Sequence record: OP310983.1
DNA: 64,000 bases
Direction: 5' to 3' (one strand)
Part shown: positions 44,141 to 57,481 of the stretch, in pieces
Layout: each line of letters begins with the position of its first letter
Numbering within the stretch: the stretch's first letter is position 1
Position numbers and translations under genes: made by a program
Notes under the pieces: generated by a model
What the model saw: only the letters and a program-made list of their open reading frames with translations
Database searches by the model: none
What the model was told of the DNA's origin: nothing

Positions 44141-45580
44141 TTAAGCTTTTGCTTTAGCTAGTTCAAGAGGTACAATTTTAGCTTTTTCTTCGTCAGTCAT
44201 CCAGTATGGTTTATATTCACTTTTACGCATACGTAGTAGGTCATACGTGGATAGGAATTTTTTATCACTAAACTGTTCGTCTTCTTCGAACATCCAATAG
44301 CCACGAGTATTATTAAGAATAATATCCCAATCATAACCCATTACTTTAAGATCAGCATATAGCTCAGCTGGCGTTACTACATAATCTCCAAGATTCCAAC
44401 GTTGGAATTGAATTAATTGTAGCATTTCAGATTGGATTTCAACAGCTCGTTGTAGAGCAGGGTTATCCATCAATTTCTTACGAACAGTGGTCCGACTTAG
44501 TTTGATATCAGGACATAGCTCAACGAAGTAGTTAATGTTATTACCACCAATCCCCCAATCATTTTCACGGCAATAATGGAATTCTGATAGTGATGGAAGA
44601 ATACCTTCAGTTTGTGAAACAATGAGATGGAATGGTAGACCAGTAATTCCACCTTTACCACGTAAGTTAATAACTTCTAGAATACGTAGATCTGTATCGC
44701 CTTCAATAGCAGTTGAATTGTCAATTGGATATAAAGGCATTTTTTCTTTATTGACTAACGGTTTATTAGATTCAATAGAAAACACATTATTCGGTAGAGA
44801 GTAGAAACCACCTGACACCCCTTTAAGAACCGTATCCTTCTTCATATGCGATAGATTACGTTTATCAGTAGGGTACATCTCAATTTGAATGATATCTCCA
44901 ACGTGTGCAGTGAGAATCATGTATGTACTGGTTTTAGCACAGATCTGCGGTAGCTGGTTAAATAACTGATTCTTAGCTTTACCATTAGTCATTGCATCAG
45001 TGTTTACTTTAGAATCACCGATAGCATTTTTAGCATACATTTCAGACACAGCTGAGACAATGAACTTTGAGAAACTATCAATGAACCCGCCAGTTGGGTA
45101 CAGTGCTTTCTTATTATTACCATTCACATCAAGAAATGGGGTAGTACGTAGATAATCTTTTTCAGCCTTTTCTTTTTCAGATAATGCATCGCGGAAGATT
45201 TTGAACCACTCATCCCCAGTATAACGAGATAAGTCAGTAAACATGTATTGCTCATCATTTTCCCAATCGATAGCAGCTAGCTCAGGATAAGCTTGTGCTA
45301 AAGATGTAAATCGAGCACCTGGGTTTAATGTACCTTCTGTATCGTAAGTCATTGCATGTGCACCGGGGAAAGCACGGCGCATCATTGCCATGAGGTAGAT
45401 ACCTAATGCAGTTTTAAAATTGTTAGGTCGTGAAGCAATACCAGTTAGTGATCCCATACCACCATTTAGAATCATTTCACCATGCTTACCTTGTTCATAC
45501 TTACCAGTTGAAATGTCCATAAGGCATCCGATGTTAAGAGCCGGTCGGAAAGCTGGACGTTCGAAATGTTTACCAAACAT
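44141..45580 (-). CDS. uvsX: UvsX/RecA-like recombinase (gp152)
   Basis: LTGIASRPNNFKT (Walker A variant), YDTEG, FIDSFS (Walker B), ILTAHVG. Confidence 0.85.
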   Translation of the reverse strand: MFGKHFERPAFRPALNIGCLMDISTGKYEQGKHGEMILNGGMGSLTGIASRPNNFKTALGIYLMAMMRRAFPGAHAMTYDTEGTLNPGARFTSLAQAYPELAAIDWENDEQYMFTDLSRYTGDEWFKIFRDALSEKEKAEKDYLRTTPFLDVNGNNKKALYPTGGFIDSFSKFIVSAVSEMYAKNAIGDSKVNTDAMTNGKAKNQLFNQLPQICAKTSTYMILTAHVGDIIQIEMYPTDKRNLSHMKKDTVLKGVSGGFYSLPNNVFSIESNKPLVNKEKMPLYPIDNSTAIEGDTDLRILEVINLRGKGGITGLPFHLIVSQTEGILPSLSEFHYCRENDWGIGGNNINYFVELCPDIKLSRTTVRKKLMDNPALQRAVEIQSEMLQLIQFQRWNLGDYVVTPAELYADLKVMGYDWDIILNNTRGYWMFEEDEQFSDKKFLSTYDLLRMRKSEYKPYWMTDEEKAKIVPLELAKAKA

Positions 45581-45677
45581 GTTGACTCCATTTTTTAAGT
45601 TAAACAGTCAATTAATTGATTTGGAGAGTAATTTTATGTCTACATATTCAACAATCCTTGCGCAAGGAAATTAAGAC

Positions 45678-46592
45678 ATGTTTAACATCCATAAATACGC
45701 TAAAAGTATTTCACTAGAAAATGATTGTCAGGATCTAATTGAATCTGACAATATTGTTAATGATGATATTAGTTTAGTACAAGTTGATCCAAAGCAACAG
45801 CTTGTAGATATTACTGAGACTATTTCTCAAGAAGCTAATTTCGCAACAAACGCTATTAACATTATCAATAAACGCGGTGCTAATTTTGCTATCGCTGCTC
45901 GTAATGCATTTACGTCAATGACTAACTGGAGTAATCAAATTATTCCTGAGTTCCATCCAGCGCAGATGCGCCATTTGGTTTCACACATTGATTATTTAGA
46001 AGTAGCAAATACAATCGTGCCACAACCAGTTGGTTTTAATGGTGAGATTCCAGACTATGTTGATTATCTATTAACAGAAGCTAAGGAAATGGCCACTATT
46101 ATTCCAGCAGTATTAGACCCGGTTAAAGCACAACTTGGGTATTACCTACAACAGCGTGCTGATCGAATGGATAAGCGTGGCTTTGCTAATTCATTTGCAA
46201 TGGCATCGATCAATGACCTTGCTAAAGATGCTTCCTTCTATGACAGTGACAACCGGTCAAGTACAGCTGAGTTTGGTAAGCTTTACCCATCATTAAATTC
46301 ATTTGTTGATGCAACAAAGAAAATGAACGATATTCGTAGCATTTTATCACGTGTTCGTCCAAATGATGTAAAACGTGCTTCAGAAGCGCTTAGTCAATTA
46401 ATTGATAGCTTTATGGAGGATGTTAAGGATAGTAACTCTGACACCTCTCCAGAGCTGTTACAGACATTAATTGAAGGGGTTACATGGGCAGCAGACCATG
46501 TTGAACGTTATTCAACACTCTTTACTAAGATTGTTGAGACTGCGAACACAATGAAAGCTACTGAAGATATTCTTCGTGAAATCATTGGATAA
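45678..46592 (+). CDS. inner head protein (gp153)
   Basis: SISLE/ISQE processing-type motifs near N-terminus; similar character to gp162/163. Confidence 0.7.
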   Translation: MFNIHKYAKSISLENDCQDLIESDNIVNDDISLVQVDPKQQLVDITETISQEANFATNAINIINKRGANFAIAARNAFTSMTNWSNQIIPEFHPAQMRHLVSHIDYLEVANTIVPQPVGFNGEIPDYVDYLLTEAKEMATIIPAVLDPVKAQLGYYLQQRADRMDKRGFANSFAMASINDLAKDASFYDSDNRSSTAEFGKLYPSLNSFVDATKKMNDIRSILSRVRPNDVKRASEALSQLIDSFMEDVKDSNSDTSPELLQTLIEGVTWAADHVERYSTLFTKIVETANTMKATEDILREIIG

Positions 46593-46594
46593 CA

Positions 46595-46631
46595 GCATAA
46601 GCCCTCTCCCAAAAGGAGAGGGCATTATGTC
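46595..46631. terminator. bidirectional terminator
   Basis: GCATAA-GCCCTCTCC-caaaa-GGAGAGGGC-ATTATG. Confidence 0.8.
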
Positions 46632-46638
46632 GTACCAA

Positions 46639-47058
46639 TCAATTTGGAATACACTTCTCATGTAAACTTAATTTAAAGAGGGTTTTCAAATCCTTTAAAA
46701 AAGTTGCATCATCAGCATATTTCATCCAACACGGAGTCTTACGAATAAGCCTCATGAAAAATTGATCAGTGGTTAGATCTGCTTTATCAATCTTATCGAT
46801 TGCTATCACGCCTTTCCATACGTACGGCCCATAATGAATAGGGAGTCGTAAGGCAGCTTCATCGCGTACTAGTTTCATGTTAGAATTCAAATGAGAGATC
46901 TTTTCACACTCATTTGTCTTACACTGTACTATAACGGAGTACAGTGACGCCATGACGCACATCCGCTTTAGTTCGGGATCAGCATAGTCCCAGAGCTTAA
47001 TCCAAATTGCCCTGAAACCATTCTTAACCGACTTTTTGAATCTGCTAATAAGGTTCAT
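46639..47058 (-). CDS. hypothetical protein (gp154)
   Basis: Track ORF to 47124; likely start MNLISR at 47058, avoiding overlap with RNase H. Confidence 0.65.
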   Translation of the reverse strand: MNLISRFKKSVKNGFRAIWIKLWDYADPELKRMCVMASLYSVIVQCKTNECEKISHLNSNMKLVRDEAALRLPIHYGPYVWKGVIAIDKIDKADLTTDQFFMRLIRKTPCWMKYADDATFLKDLKTLFKLSLHEKCIPN

Positions 47059-47068
47059 GGAATACCCA

Positions 47069-48517
47069 CTATTTTGGGAGAATAAATTGTGTATAGGGTG
47101 ATTGATAGATAGCTGAGCCATCATCCGTCACGAACACAATTGAATATGAATAAGAATATGGGCCTTCAGCTACTACAAGAATTTCCATTTTAACTTTATT
47201 AGCTCCAATGCGAGCTAATTGGTTTCTACTTGGAATATCGATATTTAATACAAGCTTTAATTTTATCTTACGATCTTTAAATGTGATCGGAACTTCTACA
47301 AAGCCTGTATTAGATGTAATCGTCTTAAGTAGTTGATAGCCAACTTTCTTACCCTTTGCGACTTCCTCGAAGAAGTGCTCGGTAATATTAATAATACCAA
47401 CCGACTCTCCAAGTTTACCAGCCAAGTAATCTTCAAGACGACTGCGCATAACATTAAATGTAGCTACAGCATCATTTGCCATACGTGGTGGATTAAGAGT
47501 CCGACTAATGAGTTCATCTGTTGGCGTCGACAAAACATTGATATCTTTCCATACGACTAGAGCAGGTAGCCCCATGGATTCAATTTTCTGTCGAATGGTT
47601 GCACGATATGCGTTTGCCAAATTGATGATACCCAGTTCTGGATTTTCAGTACCCAGTGCTTCTGTATGCATATTAATTAGTAACTGGAGATACTCATCTG
47701 GTTCATTTGCCTTATATACACTGAAGGTTGCTTCAGAGATACGACGCCCTAAAATTAAATCAGCTTTAGCTAATTTATCTTTAGCAGTGTCTTTTGGTTT
47801 ATGACCATAGTTATGCATACGACCTAAGTTATAGGTGTAATAGAACCCATCTGGTTCTTCTCCAGAGTTAATGGCGAAGAGTAACCTACTTTCGAGGATA
47901 AGTGGATTAACAACTTGTTTTTTAAGTTTGTTAATTTCCTCGCCTTTAACCGAAACCATCACTGGCTTATCATTATTCTGTCCCGAACCAAGCTTAGCGT
48001 TAGCATCAGCTTTTTCATTACCAATGTCTCCGTTATGTCCACGGACCCATTGGATGCTTAATGGTTTATTAGTTTCTTCCCATTTAGCTTTTAGTTCGAC
48101 CATCTGTTTCCATAGGTCCTGGTTTGCTACCGGCGTGCCGTCTGATTTAATCCAATTAGACTTAATCCATTTGGGTAAATATGCGGTCATACCTTTTCTA
48201 ACGTATTCACTATCCATGAGCATCGTTAGTCTAGGAGCATCTGCTTCATGAGCTATTTTGAAAGCCTCAATTGCAGCGGTTAGCTCACCTGTATTATTAG
48301 TAGGGTTATTAGTTACACTACCAAATGCATCAATATAATTTAAAACAGTGCATGTCTCATCTGCACCTACATCTAAGTATCCCTTAGCTGTTGGTTGCTG
48401 TTTGGTGGCTGCTTTAGATTTCATTGCAACATTTTCATAGGTATAACCATGAATACCCCAACCAGCTTTACCCTGTCGGAATGATCCGTCAGTGTATAAA
48501 ACCATACCGTCTGCCAT
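47069..48517 (-). CDS. rnhA: ribonuclease HI with long C-terminal extension (gp155)
   Basis: YTDGS, TNNTGEL, DSEYV, NQDLW, WVRGHNGDIGNEKAD RNase H motifs. Confidence 0.92.
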   Translation of the reverse strand: MADGMVLYTDGSFRQGKAGWGIHGYTYENVAMKSKAATKQQPTAKGYLDVGADETCTVLNYIDAFGSVTNNPTNNTGELTAAIEAFKIAHEADAPRLTMLMDSEYVRKGMTAYLPKWIKSNWIKSDGTPVANQDLWKQMVELKAKWEETNKPLSIQWVRGHNGDIGNEKADANAKLGSGQNNDKPVMVSVKGEEINKLKKQVVNPLILESRLLFAINSGEEPDGFYYTYNLGRMHNYGHKPKDTAKDKLAKADLILGRRISEATFSVYKANEPDEYLQLLINMHTEALGTENPELGIINLANAYRATIRQKIESMGLPALVVWKDINVLSTPTDELISRTLNPPRMANDAVATFNVMRSRLEDYLAGKLGESVGIINITEHFFEEVAKGKKVGYQLLKTITSNTGFVEVPITFKDRKIKLKLVLNIDIPSRNQLARIGANKVKMEILVVAEGPYSYSYSIVFVTDDGSAIYQSPYTQFILPK

Positions 48518-48572
48518 TATTGTTTCCTCATGTGATCGATTACTAAACTAGATAATAATTCTAGCAAGTAAA

Positions 48573-48974
48573 TTACTCATCACACTTTGCACGCCATTCT
48601 TCATATGCTTGCTCAATTTTAGCGCGCTCAGATACAATATGTGACTTTAATTCTTTTATATAGTCAGTCAACAAGATATCGATTTGTTCCGGAGTTTCTA
48701 TAAACTCTGTAATAATCGGTGTTGGCGGTACCGGTTTCTTTCTTGGTAGTTCGAAAACCATACACTTCTTACTAGTATCCTTACTATATTTTTTAGGTGT
48801 AGGCAGAACTTTTTGTATTACCTCTTCTTTAGTTGTAACAACAGATGTATGATCATCTGTAGAAGAGGAGTGTTCATATTGGACCACAGTCGTGTTGTGC
48901 GTGTGGTACTCATGTGGCGTATAAACACAGCCACTTATAAGTGGTAGGAGTATTAGAAAGAACTTTCTTGACAT
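48573..48974 (-). CDS. lipoprotein (gp156)
   Basis: MSRKFFLILLPLISG|C lipobox; Pro-rich middle; helical C-terminus with Cys. Confidence 0.7.
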   Translation of the reverse strand: MSRKFFLILLPLISGCVYTPHEYHTHNTTVVQYEHSSSTDDHTSVVTTKEEVIQKVLPTPKKYSKDTSKKCMVFELPRKKPVPPTPIITEFIETPEQIDILLTDYIKELKSHIVSERAKIEQAYEEWRAKCDE

Positions 48975-48994
48975 GTGATCCACCAATTTGGTAC

Positions 48995-49285
48995 TTACTT
49001 TAGCAAGTCATTTAAACGACGGCGGCGCTCAAGCATTTCAGCCTTCTCAGGCGTCATTTTCTTGAGTCGATCCATTTCGGCTTTAACGGCCCAGTTGCTT
49101 GCTTTAACTGACTTCAACTCACTAGTCACTATGAATAAGGTACCTAGTAATATTACGACTAGGATCAACATCGCCGTGACGTGTTTGTTTTCCAGCAACA
49201 CTTCCTTAATAGTTCTATCACCAAAGATAGCCCTCTTAAGGAATGGCCAAACGAAGAGCAAGGCTTTAATAGTCAAACCGAGCAT
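48995..49285 (-). CDS. small inner-membrane protein with coiled-coil tail
   Basis: TM VTAMLILVVILLGTLFIVT; GAGG SD; directly upstream of the lipoprotein. Confidence 0.7.
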   Translation of the reverse strand: MLGLTIKALLFVWPFLKRAIFGDRTIKEVLLENKHVTAMLILVVILLGTLFIVTSELKSVKASNWAVKAEMDRLKKMTPEKAEMLERRRRLNDLLK

Positions 49286-49460
49286 GATGACCTCTGTTAG
49301 TACTATGCCTACCCATAAAAGCCAGTATTGGCATTTCTATCAATAGACTGTTACAAGGGTATTACGTAAAGCTCATAATACCAGACTTTTTATTTTAACA
49401 CAACTAGAACAGACTGATTTTATAGATGGAAACCCATCGCGCTCTAATTATGAGGATTAA

Positions 49461-50801
<1,341 letters not shown>

Positions 50802-50802
50802 T

Positions 50803-50838
50803 GCATAAATGAGAGAGGGCAAAGGCCCTCTCTTATAT
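50803..50838 (+). terminator. hairpin/terminator
   Basis: GCATAAAT-AGAGAGGGC-aaag-GCCCTCTCT-TATAT. Confidence 0.65.
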
Positions 50839-50856
50839 TAATCTAAAGGTGGTGCA

Positions 50857-51807
50857 ATGCGTAGATTCACTCTTAATCTGGCGGATAACCCGCGTGGACA
50901 AGATCCACGAATAGGTTTCTTCAAAGCAGTTACAACAGCATATCCGGATTTAGGTTTATCTGAAGATAAGTCCATTATCGTAATGGTAATGGATAGTGCA
51001 ACTATCGATGAGCCTAATAGGGCATTTGTTCGTATTCAAAAAGATGCAACTAATAGTGCTGTTTATTACGACTTTCTTTATAATCGTTTTAATGTTAATG
51101 ATTATATTAAAAATCCATATTGGACAGCATCGGAAGTAACGGTTGTTCAAGGATTAAAAAATAGCGAAGCTTTAGTTGCGTATGTTGCTAATAAAGCTAA
51201 ATTAAATTTTACTGCTAGTGACATATGGTTAGAAATATCTAATATAACGTATACCGGTGGTAAGAAACAACCAAACTTTTTATTTAAAGCTATTGATTCA
51301 TCACTATGGTGGAGAGGATGGTTAAATCTATGGTTACATTCAGGTGGTGATGTTGACCCTGATCCGCCGGACCCAGATCCTGATCCTGATCCAGAACCAA
51401 CAGATGGCTATCAGATATTCCCGCAATTGCTTGTACCATTTACAATTACAGTTGATAATGAAACAGGTAAATTTGGTAATTGGATTTGTCCGCCTTATGA
51501 TCAAGCTATAGGTAGGCTATTGGTACTAATGCCTAAACCAGATGATGCTCAAATAGAAGAGTCACCTAAAGGTGTTATACTACCTTCTGGCAATAGCGAG
51601 AAACTTAAGGCTGGTGCTGAATATCGAATACTGAATTTAACTAATGAAGATGTCGATATAGCTACTGCTTATCAACAGAGTATCATTAGGCCAATGTATA
51701 CAAGTACTGGTTTCTTACCTAATAATGGCTATACTCGATTTATCTGTTATAATGAAACAACTAAAGCGATGTATACACTTGGTCTGTCATGGTGGATGCA
51801 ATCATGA
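50857..51807 (+). CDS. two-domain structural-type protein with DP-repeat linker (gp158)
   Basis: FLYNRFNV motif; GGDVDPDPPDPDPDPDPEP linker. Confidence 0.7.
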   Translation: MRRFTLNLADNPRGQDPRIGFFKAVTTAYPDLGLSEDKSIIVMVMDSATIDEPNRAFVRIQKDATNSAVYYDFLYNRFNVNDYIKNPYWTASEVTVVQGLKNSEALVAYVANKAKLNFTASDIWLEISNITYTGGKKQPNFLFKAIDSSLWWRGWLNLWLHSGGDVDPDPPDPDPDPDPEPTDGYQIFPQLLVPFTITVDNETGKFGNWICPPYDQAIGRLLVLMPKPDDAQIEESPKGVILPSGNSEKLKAGAEYRILNLTNEDVDIATAYQQSIIRPMYTSTGFLPNNGYTRFICYNETTKAMYTLGLSWWMQS

Positions 51808-52208
51808 GCGAATTCTGTTATATCTACCCACCTATGAAAGTAATTGACACGTCTAAAGCAACTGGACGTAAGTTTGATATTGACTCAACTTATCTTAATG
51901 CGCACATTATCGTTGAAGATCCTAATTATACTGATAATGATAATTCAGATAGTCCATTTATAGTAAATTTACCAGCTACTGCCTATGATACTAAAAAAGG
52001 TAAATATGTATTTACTATTGCCAATAAGACAAATGGATTATTGGTGATTCGTGCTTATGGTAATCGTTTAGTTGGTAACCGTGTATTCAAAGTTGACTGT
52101 CAATTAAACAAAGGTGAGGCATGTGAATATAGAACGGTTTATGATTCATTAGAAAATGAATTATACTGGTCTATCGAAGGACGTGTAATGACGGATGTAC
52201 AGGAGTAA
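51804..52208 (+). CDS. hypothetical protein resembling gp158 C-terminal domain (gp159)
   Basis: ATGA-coupled start MSEFCY; LP...YxIxNxT motif similar to gp158 C-terminus. Confidence 0.65.
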   Translation: MSEFCYIYPPMKVIDTSKATGRKFDIDSTYLNAHIIVEDPNYTDNDNSDSPFIVNLPATAYDTKKGKYVFTIANKTNGLLVIRAYGNRLVGNRVFKVDCQLNKGEACEYRTVYDSLENELYWSIEGRVMTDVQE

Positions 52209-52211
52209 ATC

Positions 52212-52685
52212 ATGGCAGATACATCAAAATGTGATAATTTCATTCCTGGTGCATTTTACACAACAATAAATAAATATCCATTAAAAATGAAACACCCTCT
52301 TTATGGAGATGATGTTATTTATAATCTGTTAGATGTTAAAGATTATTTTGATACTAACATTATCTTTAAAGAAGAAGATGGATATGTATCATCACCAACA
52401 ACACCTACATTTATTGGCACTGTTATTAAATATAATACATCATTGCCAAATGGATTTACTTTCGTATTGAGTTTCTATGAAAAAGATCCTATTAATGGCA
52501 AAGAGACTAGGGACTCATTAAGTTTTTGGGCACAAGACAAAGATGGTAAATTAGTTATACCTAGAGGTTTTCCATTTGAAGATGCTTCTGTGCGCGGTAC
52601 GGTTGGACAACGATTTATATTAGTCAGACCTAATGGCCAAACAACTGGTGATTATATTTGGGTTTGTCCTGGTCAAGCATTTTAA
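52212..52685 (+). CDS. hypothetical protein (gp160)
   Basis: AGGAG SD; 157 aa. Confidence 0.75.
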   Translation: MADTSKCDNFIPGAFYTTINKYPLKMKHPLYGDDVIYNLLDVKDYFDTNIIFKEEDGYVSSPTTPTFIGTVIKYNTSLPNGFTFVLSFYEKDPINGKETRDSLSFWAQDKDGKLVIPRGFPFEDASVRGTVGQRFILVRPNGQTTGDYIWVCPGQAF

Positions 52686-52688
52686 TTT

Positions 52689-52725
52689 AAAGCGGATCTG
52701 CTTTAAAGTGGATCCGCTATTATTT
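52689..52725 (+). terminator. hairpin/terminator
   Basis: AGCGGATC...GATCCGCT-ATTATTT. Confidence 0.6.
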
Positions 52726-52759
52726 CGTCTTAAAGTAACTATAGTGCTCAATTGAATGA

Positions 52760-53419
<660 letters not shown>

Positions 53420-53454
53420 CAACCTTATGAACTTTAATACTCCGGAGTTTTAAA

Positions 53455-55023
53455 ATGGCTAAGAAAAAAACAGTTCCCGCAATGGATTTCTTTGCAAGTC
53501 TTGAGCGCGTTTCTGATGCTGAAGATAAGAATGTCAATCTTGATGTTGGTAAAGAATTACCAGAACAATTAAAAGATGATGAAGATGGTAAAGTAAATCC
53601 ATGTGATGAAGTTACCAATGTCGTTACCAATACCCCAATTGACGTATGCAAAGGTCCAGATGTTGATGGAACTGCTGATAAGATCAATGATAAGAAGATT
53701 CATGTTAGTCAAGGGCTAAAAGAATTCCAAGTAGCTAAAGGTGATCGTGTTGAAAACGAAATCACTGAAACAGCTGATGAAATGATCACTAAAGTAAGTG
53801 ATACTAAAGATCTTAATGTTAGTACCAAAAAACCACACCAAATTGCAGATGTCCCATCGAATGAAGACATTTCTATTATGGAAGCCAATGAGACTGAGCA
53901 GCTAGACCATGGCTATGATGCCACCGCACTACTGGAAACTACTGAAGATATCATCACTGGTGAACTAGATGATCATCTAGAATCATTATCAGTTGAAATG
54001 TTTACAATTGTAAATGAACTGACTAAAGTAGAATCTGTTCAAACTGCATTAGAAAACTATATTGGTTTAGTTAGTAACCGCCATCATCGCGGGCATGATG
54101 TCGATCATGATCTAGCTAAAGCTATTAGCATCGCGCTAGAGTCATTTGACTATAAATATTTTAATAACACTGTGCCATCAATGGAATCCTTTATATCACC
54201 GCTAACTCGGCCTAAAGCTTCTATTGAAGTATTAGATAATCTACAAGCTAAAGCAAAAGAAGTATCTACTGTTGCATTAGATTTCATTAAGAAGCTAATT
54301 CGCATTGTTGTAGAAACTTATCAACGTATTCGCCAGAATGTCAGTAATCAAATAGAACGCGTTAATAAGATCATGAAACGCGTTAAAGAGAATGAACTAC
54401 CCGATGAAGTTCGTACTATCGCAATTCCACGCGATCTGATTCTAGGTGACACTGGTGAGAGTTGGGTTGGTGTAGACCCTGTTCAGGGGGTTACTGTAAT
54501 CCGTAATCTATTTGACAGCATTGAAAAGAATGGACTGCGTGCTCTTAAAGCAGCCTTAGCTGGAAAAACAACTGATGATAAAGCACTGGCTTTAGCTAAA
54601 GGTATGTTTGGAACAGCTACCAAAATTAATGCTAATGGTGTCCGATATGCTAGCCCGGTTGTGCCCGGTAATCGTGTTTATACCTTTGGTAAAGACAAAG
54701 CTGCGGTAGACTTCTCCATTCTTGATGCACCGGGTAAACCCAACTATGGAATTACTGTTGAACTATTAGTTGATAAGAATGTTGTTATGGCTCAGCTAAA
54801 AGCAGTTCATAACCTCCTAAATCATCTAAATAATATTCGCGGTATCTCTAAAGAGTCAACTGCTGAAATCATTGCACAGATGACTGATAAAGAAGCAACC
54901 AATGTTGGTAAGGCTTATCTAACTGGCACCACTGAAGCTAGTAATGATCTGTTTAAATGTGTGATGATCTGGATCACCGTACTTGAGAAACTAGTTGATA
55001 GTGAAATCAAGGAAACTGAATAG
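53455..55023 (+). CDS. gp162: inner head/inner-body protein with acidic propeptide
   Basis: 522 aa; multiple S/A-x-E sites (ASLE, SVE, ALE, SME). Confidence 0.8.
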   Translation: MAKKKTVPAMDFFASLERVSDAEDKNVNLDVGKELPEQLKDDEDGKVNPCDEVTNVVTNTPIDVCKGPDVDGTADKINDKKIHVSQGLKEFQVAKGDRVENEITETADEMITKVSDTKDLNVSTKKPHQIADVPSNEDISIMEANETEQLDHGYDATALLETTEDIITGELDDHLESLSVEMFTIVNELTKVESVQTALENYIGLVSNRHHRGHDVDHDLAKAISIALESFDYKYFNNTVPSMESFISPLTRPKASIEVLDNLQAKAKEVSTVALDFIKKLIRIVVETYQRIRQNVSNQIERVNKIMKRVKENELPDEVRTIAIPRDLILGDTGESWVGVDPVQGVTVIRNLFDSIEKNGLRALKAALAGKTTDDKALALAKGMFGTATKINANGVRYASPVVPGNRVYTFGKDKAAVDFSILDAPGKPNYGITVELLVDKNVVMAQLKAVHNLLNHLNNIRGISKESTAEIIAQMTDKEATNVGKAYLTGTTEASNDLFKCVMIWITVLEKLVDSEIKETE

Positions 55024-55032
55024 GTAAACATA

Positions 55033-56220
55033 ATGTCCACATATGCAGAACTATTAATTACCAATAATGAACTCAAAGAGGCTATTGTTTCTGTTGAAGC
55101 ATATCGCCATCGATTAGCTCGTTATCAAGATCTGCTAGATGGACGTGACGTAGCATCTGAAGACCTGTCTAAAGCGATGTCATTTGCTTTAGAAAGTATC
55201 GATCCCGCCTTCTCCATAAAAGAAGGCGGTATAATTACACTACGTGCTTTAAAAGATGCATTAGTTCGAGCTGCTAAGGCTGCACGAGATATTGTGCGGA
55301 TGGTAATCGAAACACTCACGGCATTCTACGTCAAGTTTACTGGCAGTATTTCACATGTGCGTAAAACACAGCAAAAATTATCTAGGCGACTTGCAAAACT
55401 AGGTAATCGTACGACTAATACTCGATTGACTGTTTCTGGTTTACAGCGATTATCTATTAACGGTGAATTCATTGGTGATCGACCAGATAATCTTTTAGAT
55501 ATCAAAGAAGTCACTAATTATATTTTAATGACTTATCCTAAAATGACTTCTAATATTGCTCGAAATATTAGTAGACAAGCATTGAATATCTTAGATAATC
55601 AAGGCGAAGATACCACTACAGAAATCATTGATGAGTTATTACAATCTTTTGCCGATATAGTGCGTCGTGATTTTAAAGCGCCGCCAGGGGATGAGCCATT
55701 AAAGAAAGGTGAGACTACTTCTACTGGTACCCATAGAAGTTATATTTTACCAGCTAATCGTGCATTTGTTTATACTGATGCTGACCATATAGCTACATCA
55801 GTTACTAATAAACAATCTGCACTAGAAATGGTTCGCAATACATTTACAATGGAATTTACAGAGTTACAAATCAATGCAATTGATAGCACTGAACGAGATA
55901 TAGAAGTACCTTCTGTAACTACGCTAAGTGATATTGTAACTGGTATTGCTAATATTTTAACGATCGCTGAACGTGCTAAACAAGGCGAAGTAGAATATAA
56001 AACAGTTAAGGTAGTTGTAGATGATTCAATTCGACAGCTAGCTGAACGTAGTGAGTTATTGGGAAGGGCAAATGGCGAGGCAATTAATATGCTCGCTGAG
56101 ATATCCCGAAAATTAGCAGAACCTGTTGGTAACTACACCCATTGGTTAGCAGTAACTCTTAAAGTCTGGTTAACATTTGTTAGTCACTGCATTACTCATT
56201 ATGAGAATGAAGGTATTTAA
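55033..56220 (+). CDS. gp163: inner head protein, paralogue of gp162
   Basis: LSKAMSFALES vs LAKAISIALES in gp162; RSYILPANRAF vs ASPVVPGNRVY. Confidence 0.8.
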   Translation: MSTYAELLITNNELKEAIVSVEAYRHRLARYQDLLDGRDVASEDLSKAMSFALESIDPAFSIKEGGIITLRALKDALVRAAKAARDIVRMVIETLTAFYVKFTGSISHVRKTQQKLSRRLAKLGNRTTNTRLTVSGLQRLSINGEFIGDRPDNLLDIKEVTNYILMTYPKMTSNIARNISRQALNILDNQGEDTTTEIIDELLQSFADIVRRDFKAPPGDEPLKKGETTSTGTHRSYILPANRAFVYTDADHIATSVTNKQSALEMVRNTFTMEFTELQINAIDSTERDIEVPSVTTLSDIVTGIANILTIAERAKQGEVEYKTVKVVVDDSIRQLAERSELLGRANGEAINMLAEISRKLAEPVGNYTHWLAVTLKVWLTFVSHCITHYENEGI

Positions 56221-56222
56221 CA

Positions 56223-56256
56223 GCATAAGCCCTCCCATAGTGGGAGGGCATTATGT
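56223..56256. terminator. bidirectional terminator
   Basis: GCATAA-GCCCTCCCA-tag-TGGGAGGGC-ATTATG. Confidence 0.8.
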
Positions 56257-56259
56257 TCT

Positions 56260-57432
<1,173 letters not shown>

Positions 57433-57481
57433 TTACTAGGGTTATTAACTCTATAGAGTAAGACATTATTAAGGGTTAATC

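Noticed and set aside
51350-51400. DNA tandem repeat
   Set aside because: Encodes an ordinary Asp-Pro linker; treated as part of gp158
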